Shown here: one piece after another, positions 51,801 through 64,000 of the stretch
Position numbering within the stretch: position 1 is the stretch's first letter
How the letters are laid out: every line of letters starts with the position of its first letter
From: Azolla caroliniana
Lineage: Eukaryota > Plantae > Polypodiophyta
Assembly: GCA_043228905.1 (NCBI GenBank)
Contig: JBHGNT010000008.1
Location: 14,508,001 to 14,572,000, forward strand
Length of the DNA stretch: 64,000 nucleotides
Direction: 5' to 3'
The notes under the pieces: generated by a model
What the model saw: the letters and a program-made list of their open reading frames with translations, nothing else
What the model was told of the DNA's origin: nothing
Databases searched by the model: none
Position numbers and translations under genes: made by a program

Positions 51801-54800
51801 ATATGTTGAGATATCAAGCTCAACTAGTTTAATCTAGTTAGTCAACACATGTAACTTAGTAGTTACCTAGATCGAATCCAGTTATTGTGTTGACCTTAAG
51901 CCTTTAAATAGGACCTTGTACTTAAGTGGGATATTCTAGATCCACCACTCCTTAGTACATTTAATGTAGGACTTACACATAAGTACCTATGTTCTACCCA
52001 CACATGTGCACCTTTACACATGGGTTGTATATATACCTCATTGTGGGTATTTTTGTATGTTGATGACACTTTTCAATATAGTCAATCATCCTCCATTTAT
52101 CTTTGTGTTCAAGTGTAACTTCCTCTCTCTCTCTCTCTCTTCCTCTCACACACTCTCACGTGCATATCATACTAATCTTCCGCTGCTTAACGTAACCATA
52201 TAATTAGTCTCTAATTAACCCTAGTTAATTACCTAATTACTTAACATGGTATCAGAGCGTGTGGTTTAGGAAATCCACTAAGCCCACCGCTTATTCATGA
52301 TTGTGTGTTCGAGACGCCGATGACAAATCCCGGCTATTCGCTATCCACTACCATAGTGCCGCTACGAAGGACGTGTACGCGACCAAGAGAAGAAAAACAA
52401 AACGGAAGACACAACAATCAACATGAACAAACAAATGGGAAGCTCACTCCTTAGCGAAAAGCTAGACTGAGGCAACTATTCATCTTGGGAGTACAAGATG
52501 AATCAATACCTTGTCGGCCAAGGGTATTGGAGCTACGTCAACGGCGCACAAGAAAACAAACCTGAAATCACACACGCCAACTACCCAACGTGGGAGCAAG
52601 GCGCGAGTCGGGTAATGTATTGTCTGGCAACATGTGTAAACGACCACTTGCTTAGCCACATTCGTGACGCCAAGACGCCCAAAGAGGCATGGGAAAATCT
52701 CAAGAAGATTTTTGCCGCGGACACATCCGCGCGCAAGCTTCAACTCCGGCAAGAGTTGAACAACATACGACAAAAAGAAATGTCCGTGACAGACTACACC
52801 GCCAAGATCAAGAGCATTTGCGACTCTCTTGGCTCCATCAACGTCAACATCGACGAGGACGAGATGGTGCAAGTATGCTTGGGCGGCCTCGCACAACGAT
52901 TCAACCCATTGAGAACGGCAATCTTGGCGAGAGATACCCCTCCCTCGTTCTTCAACCTCCAATCAATGCTATTGGTCGAAGAAAACCACGTTTAACCAAA
53001 GACCAACAGATTGGAAGGACAAATGCTCTTCTCCGATACGGATGGTGCCCATAGACGAGGTCGACGGGGAAGAGGTCAATTCGACCTATGCCACGAAGGG
53101 AATTCACAATTTCGGCAAGGAAATGGAAGCCATCGAGGAACCTTCACAAGAAGGGGGAGCTTCCACGTTGCCACCTACGTGCAACTATTGCGGCAAAATC
53201 GGCCATCGCGAAGAGGAGTGTGGAAAATGACGAAGCGAGTCGGCCTGAACAAGCCGACAACTCACAAATTACGCCGCAAACGCGGAATACGCGGACTACG
53301 GCGGACTCTTCGTGATGAGGCATAGAGCGAACTCTATGATGGCCTCCGATCCCGCAAACTCCGCAAGCACCTCCAACTCCGAACACGCGTGGTTAGTAGA
53401 CTCCGGTGCCTCGCACCACATGACATCGCACCAAGAGTGGTTTTGTGACTTGCGAACGCTGGATCGACCCGGCTACATAGAGACCGGAGACGACACTCCG
53501 CATCCCATTCTGCACATCAGCGATGTCCCATTCGGGAAAGAAGGCGAGCAAACTTGCATCAAGAATGTCTTGCACGTGCCCACAATAACAAAGAATTTGG
53601 TCTTGGTCGGCCAAATCGTGGAGCAAGGCATGCAAATCCGCTTCAACAATCAAGGTTGCTTCATCGAGAAAGACGGCCGACTCATAGCTAAGGGACGGAG
53701 AGATGGTCGCTTGTTCATCCTCGACTCAAACGAGGTAAAATTGGCCATGTACGCCAAAGGTCTCAAGACCGAGAAAAACATCGAGTTGTGGCACAAGAGA
53801 ATCGGCCACGTAAACCTCCAACAGCTTCGCGGAATGCAATCAAAGGAAGTCGTAATCGGACTTCTAGCCTTCGAATCGAAACGAGTCGACTGAGTGTGTG
53901 AAGCATGCCAACTTGGCAAACAACATCGACTCCCATTCCCGAAGGAGAGCTCCGCAAGCAAAGGCCTCCTTGACATAATCCACTCGGATGTATAGGGACC
54001 GGCTCAAACGCCGACGCTCGGCGGATGCCGCTACTACGTCACCTTCATCGACGACCACTCGCGCTACGTGTGGATATACCCGATGAAGAAGAAGAGCGAA
54101 GTGTTCTCCCACTTTCAAAGGCTCAAAAGCCAAGTGGAGAAAGAAACCGGTCGGCACATTCGATGCCTACGATCGGACAGAGGAAAGGAGTACTTCTCCG
54201 ACGAGTTCACCTCTTACCTCCAAGGTGAAGGCATTCGTAGAGAATTCTCATGCCGACACACTCCCTAACAAAACGGAGTAGCCGAGAGAAAGAATCGGCA
54301 AATACTCGAGGTAGCACGCGCCATGATGCGTGAGAAGCACATGCCGAACTTCTATTGGGCGGAAGCGGCATCCACGACCGTCTATCTCATGAATCGATGC
54401 ACCACAAATAGCGTTGTGGAGGTTTTCCTCGCGGATGCGTGGAATGAGGCGGGACCTCAGGGGTCCTGTACCGAAGAGCAAGAGAGAAAGGACAAGAGAC
54501 CCACTACGTGCGAACGTAGATTCACAGCGACACGGCCCTTCGACACAAAGACGCAAGTGGGACAGCGACACAGAGAGACACGAATGTATGTATGTATTAA
54601 CAAAGACAACAACAAGAGCACGGAAGCAACAAAAACACGAAGTCGGTTACAACCGAACAGGCCGGCGAACAGATGCCGATGCCTGTATGTAAACGCACAG
54701 AAAGACAGGAACAGGTTGGAGGTGCTGCCGGAAGCACTTGGGCATTCCTGAGCGCAGCGCGAGCCTCCCGAAACCTGCACAGAAGGAAGCTATCGAGTTT

Positions 54801-55112
54801 GCGAACCAGAGAGAGAGAGAAGCCTTCGCATGCAAACCGACAACACTTCGTCCTCGACTCTCCACGATTCCTCTCCTCTCCTTGTCTCCCTCCTTTTATA
54901 GGGAAGGAAGGAGCCGTTTCCTATTAACTTCCTACCTACCGAGGATCTTCTAGGTACAACATAAGGCCCACGTGTATGAAGAGCCGGTTCCTACGCTCCG
55001 ATGCACCGATTCCGCATGTGGACGGGTTTCTTCACGACATCCGCCCCCACCTAACCGCGCATCCACCGGCATGTGCCAAATTGAGTTGGGACGGAGAAAA
55101 CCGGTCTAGCCT

Positions 55113-56717
55113 TCATTCCCCGCTCGTCGGTTCTTCCTCGGTTTCGGATCGTTCGTCGTCGCGGTCCACGTCCACCAGATCCGGCTCGTCGTCGTGACGC
55201 TTCTTGAACGCTTTGATCCGCTTCCCCGCTACCGGTATCGCCATTCTCGTACCGTCGAGTTCCGCCAGATGGTACGTCCCATTGTCGTTGGCGCTTTGTA
55301 CCACGTAAGGCCCGAACCACCTTCTTGCGAACTTTCGTGTCGCTCGGTGCTGGTTGTCGAGGCTGCTGTCGTAGACTAGCACCCATTCGCCTTCCTCAAT
55401 CTTCTTCGGTCGGAGCCGGTGCGTCCGGTCGAACCGGGCTTTGTTCCTCGTCCTGGTCACCCGAAGCTTTTCCGCAACCTGCTCCACGTCCTCCGGTCTT
55501 CGCTCGAGCTGTCGTATGCGCGCCGTCAATAGTTCCTCCCGGCTCATCTCGTCTCTCCAGTCCACGGTTGCCCATGAGGAGATCGTACGTTCCATCGGCA
55601 TGATCGGCTTTTGCCCAAACATGAGATTTGCCGGCATGAATCTGGTTACCGAACTGTGCGTAGTTCGGTCCGCCCACAACACGTAAGGCAGCGGCCGCGG
55701 CCAGTTCCCGACTTGACCTCCGCATGCCCGAACTAACGCCTTGACGATCGGCCCGTGTCCGCGCTCCACCTTCCCATTCACCTCCGGATTATACGCAGTG
55801 GTAAGCGAGAGCTTGACTCCTAGCCGGTCGAACAGCTCCTCGGCCTCTTCGGAGTCCAACTCCCCGCGATCAGCCACGATCTTCCCGACGCACCTGTACC
55901 GGCATATCACGTCCTCAATCAGGAACCGACATACGGCCGCGGTCGTTTTGTTCTGAAGGGCCCGGCCTTCTACCTGGTTCGTCAGATCTTCCCGAGCCAG
56001 GACCAAATACCGCATCTGTCCTACTCCCATCGACATCGTCACCAGGTCTACCATCCATTTGAAGTGGATGGTCGGAGGGTACGTAGGGTGAAGCTCGTCC
56101 CGATGTCGGACTACGGAGTGCATCTGACAGCTCTCGCAAGTCGTCACGAACCGATGCACGTCCCGGTACAGTCCCGGCCACCAGTACTTCCCCTTTATCT
56201 TCTCGAACGTGGCCCATGTTCCACGGTGCCCAGCCCAGGGGCTGTCGTGGTAGGCCGTCAGCAACTCCTCCTGTTCTTCCTTCATCGCCACCACCCGGAG
56301 CGGGACGCCGTTCCTCTTCTTCGGGTGCTTCCATAAGTATCCATCCCGGAGAAAGAATCGGTAAGCTTTCTTCCGGATCCGGTTGGCCTCGTCCTTCGTC
56401 CATGACGCATCCGGCGTCATTGTCCTCAAAAATCCACCGATCTGGAGCCACTCGCCGTCGTACCTGCTCTCGTCGAAGCCGTTAAGTGCCGGAGTGCTCG
56501 TCCCATCAGTTGCCACGTACGCCGCCTCGAAGAAGTCCACGCCGACTTCTTCGTCCTCCGAAACCATGCCGCCCTCGTTATCAAACCTTGCCCTCGAAAG
56601 CATGTCGGCCATGGCGTTGTCCTTTCCGGAAATGTGCCGTATTTCCGGGTCCAGGGACTTGATGTACGCTATCCACCTGAGCATCGCCAGGTCCGGTGTC
56701 GCGCACCCGGAAACCAT
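55113..56717 (-). CDS. pol: G5 RH C-terminus plus integrase (open 534-aa stretch of disrupted pol)
   Basis: H-H-C-C, WMVDL...ADRGE...NGKVERG, WFGPY; no chromodomain. Confidence 0.85.
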   Translation of the reverse strand: MVSGCATPDLAMLRWIAYIKSLDPEIRHISGKDNAMADMLSRARFDNEGGMVSEDEEVGVDFFEAAYVATDGTSTPALNGFDESRYDGEWLQIGGFLRTMTPDASWTKDEANRIRKKAYRFFLRDGYLWKHPKKRNGVPLRVVAMKEEQEELLTAYHDSPWAGHRGTWATFEKIKGKYWWPGLYRDVHRFVTTCESCQMHSVVRHRDELHPTYPPTIHFKWMVDLVTMSMGVGQMRYLVLAREDLTNQVEGRALQNKTTAAVCRFLIEDVICRYRCVGKIVADRGELDSEEAEELFDRLGVKLSLTTAYNPEVNGKVERGHGPIVKALVRACGGQVGNWPRPLPYVLWADRTTHSSVTRFMPANLMFGQKPIMPMERTISSWATVDWRDEMSREELLTARIRQLERRPEDVEQVAEKLRVTRTRNKARFDRTHRLRPKKIEEGEWVLVYDSSLDNQHRATRKFARRWFGPYVVQSANDNGTYHLAELDGTRMAIPVAGKRIKAFKKRHDDEPDLVDVDRDDERSETEEEPTSGE

Positions 56718-59700
56718 GCCGAGAATTGGCAGGCAATCCGTCTCGATACCCCTGAGTTCGCGTTTAACCTGGGCGTACCCTCACTGTCGCTCACTGAGGA
56801 CCTTCGCGCCGAATCGGATCGGGAACCGAATGCCGTCCCCATCTTCTTGGTTGACGACCCATCCGATCCCGGTCGGACTCGTATCCACCGTTATGTATAC
56901 CGGGGTACCGTTCTCGTAGACAGCCTTTCGGAGCGTCGGTGCTGCCGCAAGAGCTTCCTTCAGCTTCCGGACTGACTCCGTGTGCTCATCTCGCCACTCG
57001 AATTTTCGCCCCTTTTTCAGCAACCCGTATAGTGGCTCCGCAACGTGGGCGTAATGCGGGATCCATATGTGGTAGAACGCGCATGCCCCCAGGAACCTCC
57101 GAACTTCCGTAACCGAGCTACAGTCGGTCTTCATCGCGGAGATGGCTTCTACCTTTGCCGGAGACGGCTTCCGGCCATATGGTCCACATAGGTGTCCGAC
57201 CACCAGGATTTCCGATTGCCCGAAGGCTGATTTCTCCCCGGAGAAGGTGAGCCTCGCATCCTCTAGCCTTTGTAGCACCTTCTCGCAGTCGTCGATGTGT
57301 GTCGCCACGAATCACCGGCATCCGTCCGGCCGAACTGTCTCGTCCTTCTCTTCCACCGGGCACCCCTTTATCGGGATGTCGTCTAGAAACGGCATGGTGA
57401 TGTCCGGGATGCAATCCCTCAGTACCTTGTTCATTGCATTCACCATGTGGGCTACCGAGTTGGTCCCTCCTTGTGGCAGGGTACACATTCGCACCAGGCC
57501 GAGGGGAGTTCGCATCGTCGTAATGTCTCTGCTCTCCACGGCTACCTGGAACTGGTCGTACCCCGAGTACATATCACCGACCGAGTAAATCGACCTTCCG
57601 GCGAAGGCCTCTGCGAACTCGTCTATGGTCGGTCCGATTCCTGCGTTCCGAATGGTCACTCTGTTGACCGGCTGCAGGTCCTGAATGAAGCACAATGTTT
57701 CGTTTTTCTTTGGTACGGTAAACCATCGGTTCGAGTATGGGGCACTCGACGGTTCGAGAATGCCCATATCGACTTTTTGCCTCAATAGCTCCATCAACTT
57801 CGGGATGTGAGCTCTCGGTACTGGAATCGGCTTGAGATTCCACGGCACATGTGGTACCGTGAATATCACCATCGGCTCCACAATCGTCGGGTCTACGCAC
57901 CTGATCTCTTCCGGCGAAAATGCGAAGGCTTTCCCGTGCCTTCCGAGCATTCTCCGAAACTGGTCTTCCTCCGCCGGCAGTAGGAACCCGCCCCCACCGA
58001 TCTTGAGCTCCCGGAGCGTCCCGTCAGTGAAGGTGTGTCCTATGCAGGCCGGATCTCGTAAACTAGGGTCCGACGCAACCCCTCTGATTCAGGACTCGCT
58101 GCCCTCCGGTAAGGGTGCCGCGATGGGCCTTACCTTCCGGTCCACAGTCTTGTACTTCGTGCTAACTTGGGCCGTCCGATCCGACCCGAGCCCCCGACTG
58201 AAGTTCGTGATGACTTTGTACATCTCTTCGGAACATACCGGTATCGTCCTGTCTTCGTTAAGGTCTTCTCCGGCTACCTCCCCCAGCATTCCCAAGGTGT
58301 CATCGAAGGAGACCGCCTCCACGGCTCCGCTGATTTCCTCGTCCGGGCCGAGAACTCCGCACGCTCGAAGTCGCACTTCCGCCCTTGTCTTTTCTCGGCC
58401 GACGATGCCGATTATCATACACCCTCCGTTGTTGGAGAAGCAGAATTTCCTACTTATCGTACAGGGTTCCTTCGGTTTTGGTTCTATCGTACAATCGTGG
58501 GGTCTTTCCCGAGTGTCCGGGTTGTCTCGGCCCCACGCCTTGGCAACCCTCTCTAAAAATCCTCCCGGTTCTCGCCACCGAGGGATTCGCGGTTTCTCTC
58601 GTGGTTCGGCCGCACCGTCAGAAATTGGACCGAATGGCGCCCGTCCTGGCTTTTGACCCTTGCGTAGGCCGAACCGTTGTCTAGCACCTTGGTCTCCATC
58701 CGCGCCGCCGTGATGTATGGTTCACCTAATATGACCGGGTTCGAGGACGTCTCCTGTACGAAGAAGTGCTGGTCAATCTCGACGTCGCCAATCTTGACTC
58801 GCACATTCGGGCAGGCCCCATGCACTTCCTCGGTGGCGCGCGTCGCCGCCCGTATCTTCCACCCGTGCTTGGTGTTGATCGGCCATTTTCCCTTCTTATA
58901 GAAGTCCATGGACATCAGGTTTATTTCCGAACCGTGGTCCACCAGTGCCACCACCGGTTCCTGAACATCTCCGATCTTTACCAGGGTCTCCGTGGTCGCT
59001 CGGGCCCAGTGTGGCCTCGAATAGTGGCTCTCCGCCCACTCATCTTCCAGCGCCATGTCGTCGATGCACGTCGTCCGCACCTCCACCGGTCTTTCCGGTT
59101 CCGTCTCCGTCAACAACCTCTTTCGTTTCACCAAGTCCACAATGGAGTCGTGGAACTCCTTCTTGGCGATCCCTAGCACCTCCCGCAATGACAACTCCAC
59201 TTTGCTGTCGAGGATCCGTTCTTCTAGGACCTTTCGTAGGTCCATAGTCCTTTCTATTTCTGTCCCCAGTCGGTATCCGCCCTTCCTGGGGCCCACCGGC
59301 ATCGTTCCGTAGCTGCCCGAATCGGGTCTCGTACCGTTGTGAGGGCCCGACCGCTCCGGCTTTCCTCACTCGTTTGTCTTCTACCAGAGCCTCGTAGTTC
59401 CGGCAGGCGGCTTCTACGAAGCCCGTCTTCTCCTCGACCGGATCGCTCCACCCGGTTACTTCCCGGACCCGTCTCTCGGCGCGGTCCGCTTCGTCTTTCC
59501 TCAACCGTGCGCCGGCCAGGCCTTCTAGCATTGCCGACTAGAATCCGTCTTTGCTCCCCTTTCGGGCCTCGCTGCCCCCGACCCGAATGCCGGCCGACGC
59601 CGAGTAGTGGATGGCCTCCACGTGTCGGGCCGCTGCCTCTTCCATCAGTCTCTTCATTCCTCCTCGCCCGTTGTTTTGGTTTAGGGCCCTTCTGGTGTCG

Positions 59701-60666
59701 CCGGCGTGCACCCTGCCTTCCCACAGGTACACCACCCGGTTCCTCAACGCCTCTACGAAATCGCCGCAGTCCTTCCGAATGTGGCCGACCTCGTCGCACC
59801 ACATGCACCTGTTCCCTGCTGCCGGTTCGCTGCCTTCCCTTCGAGTCTGGGCGATCTGGAGATCCTTTATCGCCCGCGTCAACTCCTCCAACGCTGCTCC
59901 TCCGGACGAGCCATTGACCATGCCGGTTGAAGCCGGACCCGTTTCGAGCCATTCCCGGGTTTCTTCCCTTCGCCCTTGCGGTGCCGGTTCAAGCCTCCTT
60001 GCTGTGACAGAGCCCGCACCGGCCGCCTCGTTGTCAGCCCATTCCCGCCGTTTGTCGAAACGGCCACAAACTCTCTTAACCGCAGCCCAGTCGGTCGTCA
60101 GCCTGTCTTCGGTTTCCAGCAAGGAGCCGACTTGATCCCGGTCCCGCTCGTCCACCGACTTGACGAGCAGTTGGACCTGGCTCGTATCCAGAATGGTTCG
60201 GTCAAGCGCCGAAAGGCGTGCAAAGCGTTCTTCGAACTCCCGGAGGAGTGCCGATGCGTTTCTTCCCTTGCCGGGGACTCCACCCATTCCATGAAGTCTC
60301 GTTTCGAAAGCCGGAGCGCGTCGTCCAACCCGTATTTTTCTAGGAGTCGGCCTTCGAACTCCTCCCAGGTACGGCTCTCCGCCCGCACCTCGAGCACCTC
60401 CGCATGGATGCTCGGCATCGCCACTCGAGGAAACCCGGCAAGACGCCTCTCTTCCGGAATGTCCCGCATCAGCATTTCTGCCCCGTAGGGTGCCAAATAC
60501 TTCGTGGCATCCTTTCCGCTGAACCGGCCGATCGTACCGACGACCGCCTCAATGGCTCTGTCGAGGGCGCCGGTGCCCTCGCGTGCACTCAATATCCGAT
60601 CCACGCCCGAAGCCATGGCCTCTGCAAGATCCAACCCCTTCATCTTCTACTCTTCTGCCGCCTCCT

Positions 60667-60683
60667 TCACGTCGGGTTCACCA
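60667..60683 (-). promoter_or_regulatory. PBS complementary to the tRNA-Trp 3' end
   Basis: TGGTGAACCCGACGTGA 3 nt after the 5' LTR; matches plant tRNA-Trp ...UCACGUCGGGUUCACCA as recalled. Confidence 0.75.
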
Positions 60684-62029
60684 AGATGTGGAGGTTTTCC
60701 TCGCGGATGCGTGGAATGAGGCGGGACCTCAGGAGTCCTGTACCGAAGAGCAAGAGAGAAAGGACAAGAGACCCACTACGTGCGAACGTAGATTCACAGC
60801 GACACGGCCCTTCGACACAAAGACGCGAGTGGGACAGCGACACAGAGAGACACGAATGTATGTATGTATTAACAAAGACAACAACAAGAGCACGGAAGCA
60901 ACAAAAACACGAAGTCGGTTACAACCGAACAGGCCGGCGAACAGATGCCGATGCCTGTTCGTAAACGCACAGAAAGACAGGAGCAAGTTGGAGGTGCTGC
61001 CGGACGCACTCGGGCATTCCTGAGCGCAGCGCGAGCCTCCCGAAACCTGCACAGAAGGAAGCTATCGAGTTTGCGAACCAGAGAGAGAGAGAAGCCTTCG
61101 CACGCAAACCGACAGCACTTCGTCCTCGACTCTCCGCGATCCCTCTCCCCTCCTTGTCTCCCTCCTTTTATAGGCAAGGAAGGAGCCGTTTCCTATTAAC
61201 TTCCTACCTACCGAGGATCTTCTAGGCACAACATAAGGCCCACGTGTATGAAGAGCCGGTTCCTACGCTCCGGTGCACCGATTCCGCTTGTGGACGGGTT
61301 TCTTCACGACAACGTGCACGACCTTACTCCATACGAGATCTTCGTTGGAAGAAAGCACATCCTCTCGCACCTCAAGGTGTTCGGAAGCATTGCAAATGTA
61401 CGCATCCCGAACGAAAGTCGAGAGAAGCCCGACGCGAAGTCGGAAGAATGTATCCTCATAGGATACTTGTCTGTGAAAAAGGTGTACAAATGCTTCAACC
61501 CTCGACCCGAGCGGTGCGGATAACTCGTGACGTCGTTTTTGACGAATCGGCATCTTGGTATAAGCCCAATGCGACTCCATCTGACCCGATCGAGGAAGAG
61601 TTGAACGCCAATTCGGACGACGAAACTCGGCCAAGTTCTCCACCTAAGGACAATCCAAGCTCTACCGAGCTAATTGGCCCACAAGAGCCTCCATGCGATG
61701 AAAACACGTCGCGGCGAAGTCCGACATCGGACAAAGGCAAAGGTAAGATGCCTGAATACGAAGTCAAGGTCCACCCCGACGACCGTGATTCGGATGATTC
61801 GGCTCGCTCATTAGATAGTGAGTTCGGTGTACCCATCATGAGGACACCTGGAGTAAAGAAGGCGCTCACATCGACAAATGAGAAACTCCGCCGCTTATCA
61901 CGAGCGAAAACCCAAGTCACTCATTACGCCTACAACGAGTATATGGCCCATCACTATGCCCTCACGATGAAGGTAGTGGCCGAACAAGAGCCCGAGGATC
62001 CAAGCCTTCGTCACATGCTTGAGGGGGAG

Positions 62030-62260
62030 AATAAGCCGCGAAGAGCCGTGCAAAGGGCCATGCAACAAAACCGCGGAGAGCTGCGCAATGAGGCCGCGAA
62101 GACGCGGAGAACCGCGCAACGAAGCCGCGAAGACGCGAAGAAAGCCGCGCAACACAGCCACGGAGAACCGTGCAACGAAGCCGCGAAGACGCGGAGAAAG
62201 CCGCGCAACACCGCGAAGAAAGCCGCAAGCCGCACCGATGCCGACGAAGCCGAAGGAAGC
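62030..62260 (+). repeat. GCCGCGAAGACGCGGA-type tandem repeats in the copia C 3' UTR
   Basis: Direct reading. Confidence 0.75.
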
Positions 62261-63439
62261 TAAACCGGACGTTGGACGCCTCACACTTGAGCTTGAGGGG
62301 GTGTGTTGAGATATCAAGCTCAACTAGTTTAATCTAGTTAGTCAACACATGTAACTTAGTAGTTACCTAGATCGAATCTAGCTATTGTGTTGACCTTAAG
62401 CCTTTAAATAGGACCTTGTACTTAAGTGGGATATTTTAGATCCTCCACTCCTTAGTACATTTAATGTAGGACTTACACATAAGTACCTATGTTCTACCCA
62501 CACATGTGCACCTTTACACATGGGTTGTATATATACCTCATTGTGGGTATTTTTGTATGTTGATGACACTTTTCAATATAGTCAATCATCCCCCATTTAT
62601 CTTTGTGTTCAAGTGTAACTTCCTCTCTCTCTCTCTCTCTCTCTTCCTCTCACACACTCTCACGTGCATATCATACTAATCTTCCGCTGCTTAACGTAAC
62701 CATATAATTAGTCTCTAATTAACCCTAGTTAATTACCTAATTACTTAACACAATACATACAACACATGCAATACACTACATATATGTACATACATATACA
62801 CATCCCATACGTACAATGCATATGTATATACAATAGATACATCATGCAATTAATACAATACAATATGTACATACATATAGACTTACAAATGTACACATAT
62901 CACATACATATATATACATGCAATACAGTACATATGCATGTATATATAGAATAGACAAGTTCACATATATAGACATGCATGTACACATACACATATGTAT
63001 ATAGAACATACACTCACATAACACACACATGCATATGCACATGCCATACCAATAATACATACAAATTACAATACATCATATGCACATGTAAAAACATATA
63101 CACACATAGCACATACATACATATGCACATGCCACACATATAATACATATAACACATGGAGTACAATACATACATATGCACATGTGTAGAGGATAACACA
63201 CACACAAATACATATACATATCCACATACGTAGACATGCACATGTATAGAACATACATATACACACAATATAACACTCCTTTTAAAATGCATCTCAAAGT
63301 GATGCTAATTGTTTTTAAAAAAACGGGGGAAGATTACATAAGTGATGTGTTTTAGTAAAAAGTGGAGGGAAAAAAGGAGAGAGAGGGAGAGAGAGACTCT
63401 TCGTTTCCTCCCCTACCCCCTCCCCATATTGAAGCTTCC

Positions 63440-63880
63440 ATGGCCTCTATGATCTCAAGTATCGTTGCTTCGTCGGAGGTCTCGCGTGGACCACCGATGA
63501 TCGTAGCCTTATTGACGCCTTTCGATTCTTTGGCGAAGTTGTCAACTCCAAGGTTATCAATGACCGTGAAACGATACGATCATGAGGCTTTGGTTTTGTG
63601 ACATTCTCCGATGAGCAAGCGATGACAGATGCAATTGAGTCAATGAATGGAAAAGAGCTGGATGGAAAGAACATTATTGTGAACCAAGCTCAAGCAAGAT
63701 CGAGCGGGGGTGATGTAGGCTATCATTGAGGAGGTGGTTCACGATATGGAGATCATGAAGTTATGGTAGCAGGGGGAGATCAGATGGAGGAAAGGGTGGT
63801 AGTTGCAATGGCTATAATGATGCTAATGGTAGTGGAAGTGGTAGTAGCAATCGCTGTGGTGGAGGTAATAATAGGTATTG
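63440..63880 (+). pseudogene. Intronless pseudogene of a GRP7/GRP8-class glycine-rich RNA-binding protein (RRM plus Gly tail)
   Basis: MAS/(frameshift)YRCFVGGLAWTTDDRSL...SKVINDRETIRS*GFGFVTFSDEQAMTDAIESMNGKELDGKNIIVNQAQ with RNP2/RNP1; early frameshift and internal stops. Confidence 0.88.
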
Positions 63881-64000
63881 AAGCGGTGGCTCGTATTCAC
63901 AAAATTGGAGGAAGTAAACAAAATACACACTTTATAGACTTTTGTTTGTAAATTGAGTATTGACTTCCTTTTTGCTTTAGTTACTCGAGACGTTTTGTTT

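Larger units (their letters stand above)
54415..61311 (-). mobile_element. GC-rich non-chromovirus Ty3/gypsy G5 in copia C integrase
   Basis: 625-bp LTRs 54415-55039 and 60687-61311; 4-bp TSD GCGT/ACGT; PPT GTGGGGGCGGA; gag (CMWCDEVGHIRKDC), PR, RT, RH, IN. Confidence 0.95.
51804..62750 (+). mobile_element. Ty1/copia element C, RT-RH deleted, hosting gypsy G5
   Basis: LTRs 51804-52246 and 62304-62750; perfect TSD CAATA; PBS TGGTATCAGAGC 52247-52258; gag, PR (WLVDSGAS) and IN; jumps from pre-RT to PPT at ~62000. Confidence 0.95.

Noticed and set aside
57832-61199. Many long plus-strand and alternative-frame ORFs in G5
   Set aside because: Expected from high GC and antisense to gag-pol or within LTRs; no recognisable domains
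61244-62263. 339-aa ORF
   Set aside because: Chimera of G5 LTR end, copia IN-RT linker and 3' tandem repeats created by insertion and deletion

Overview
Eukaryotic (land-plant) repeat-dense DNA with no intact host gene. The element spectrum suggests a non-seed plant such as a fern or lycophyte (inference). Nested transposons were resolved from terminal motifs and target-site duplications (TSDs). A decayed Sola-like DDD transposase forms the base layer of the first ~43 kb. Inserted into it or into each other are four Tf1/sushi-type (Tcn1-like) chromoviruses (G1-G4), Ty1/copia elements and solo LTRs, three TGTCGT-ended solo-LTR-like inserts with 4-bp TSDs, an L1/Tx1-like LINE inside a (GA)n tract, and a hAT MITE. 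Further right are Mutator-like elements, LINE 3' fragments, a copia carrying a GC-rich tRNA-Trp-primed gypsy, and an intronless glycine-rich RNA-binding-protein pseudogene. Main findings: (1) a type I hammerhead ribozyme fold with a palindromic minimal stem III at 11774-11832, inside a 3.5-kb non-coding 4-bp-TSD insert; (2) antisense tRNA-like Pol III A/B-box cassettes in the U3 of LTRs from two unrelated gypsy lineages; (3) Tf1-type self-priming with family-specific co-varying primer/PBS pairs 32 nt after the TATA start; (4) heat-shock-element arrays in all chromovirus LTRs; (5) a conserved gag-pol -1 frameshift stem-loop. All coordinates and counts were read by eye.
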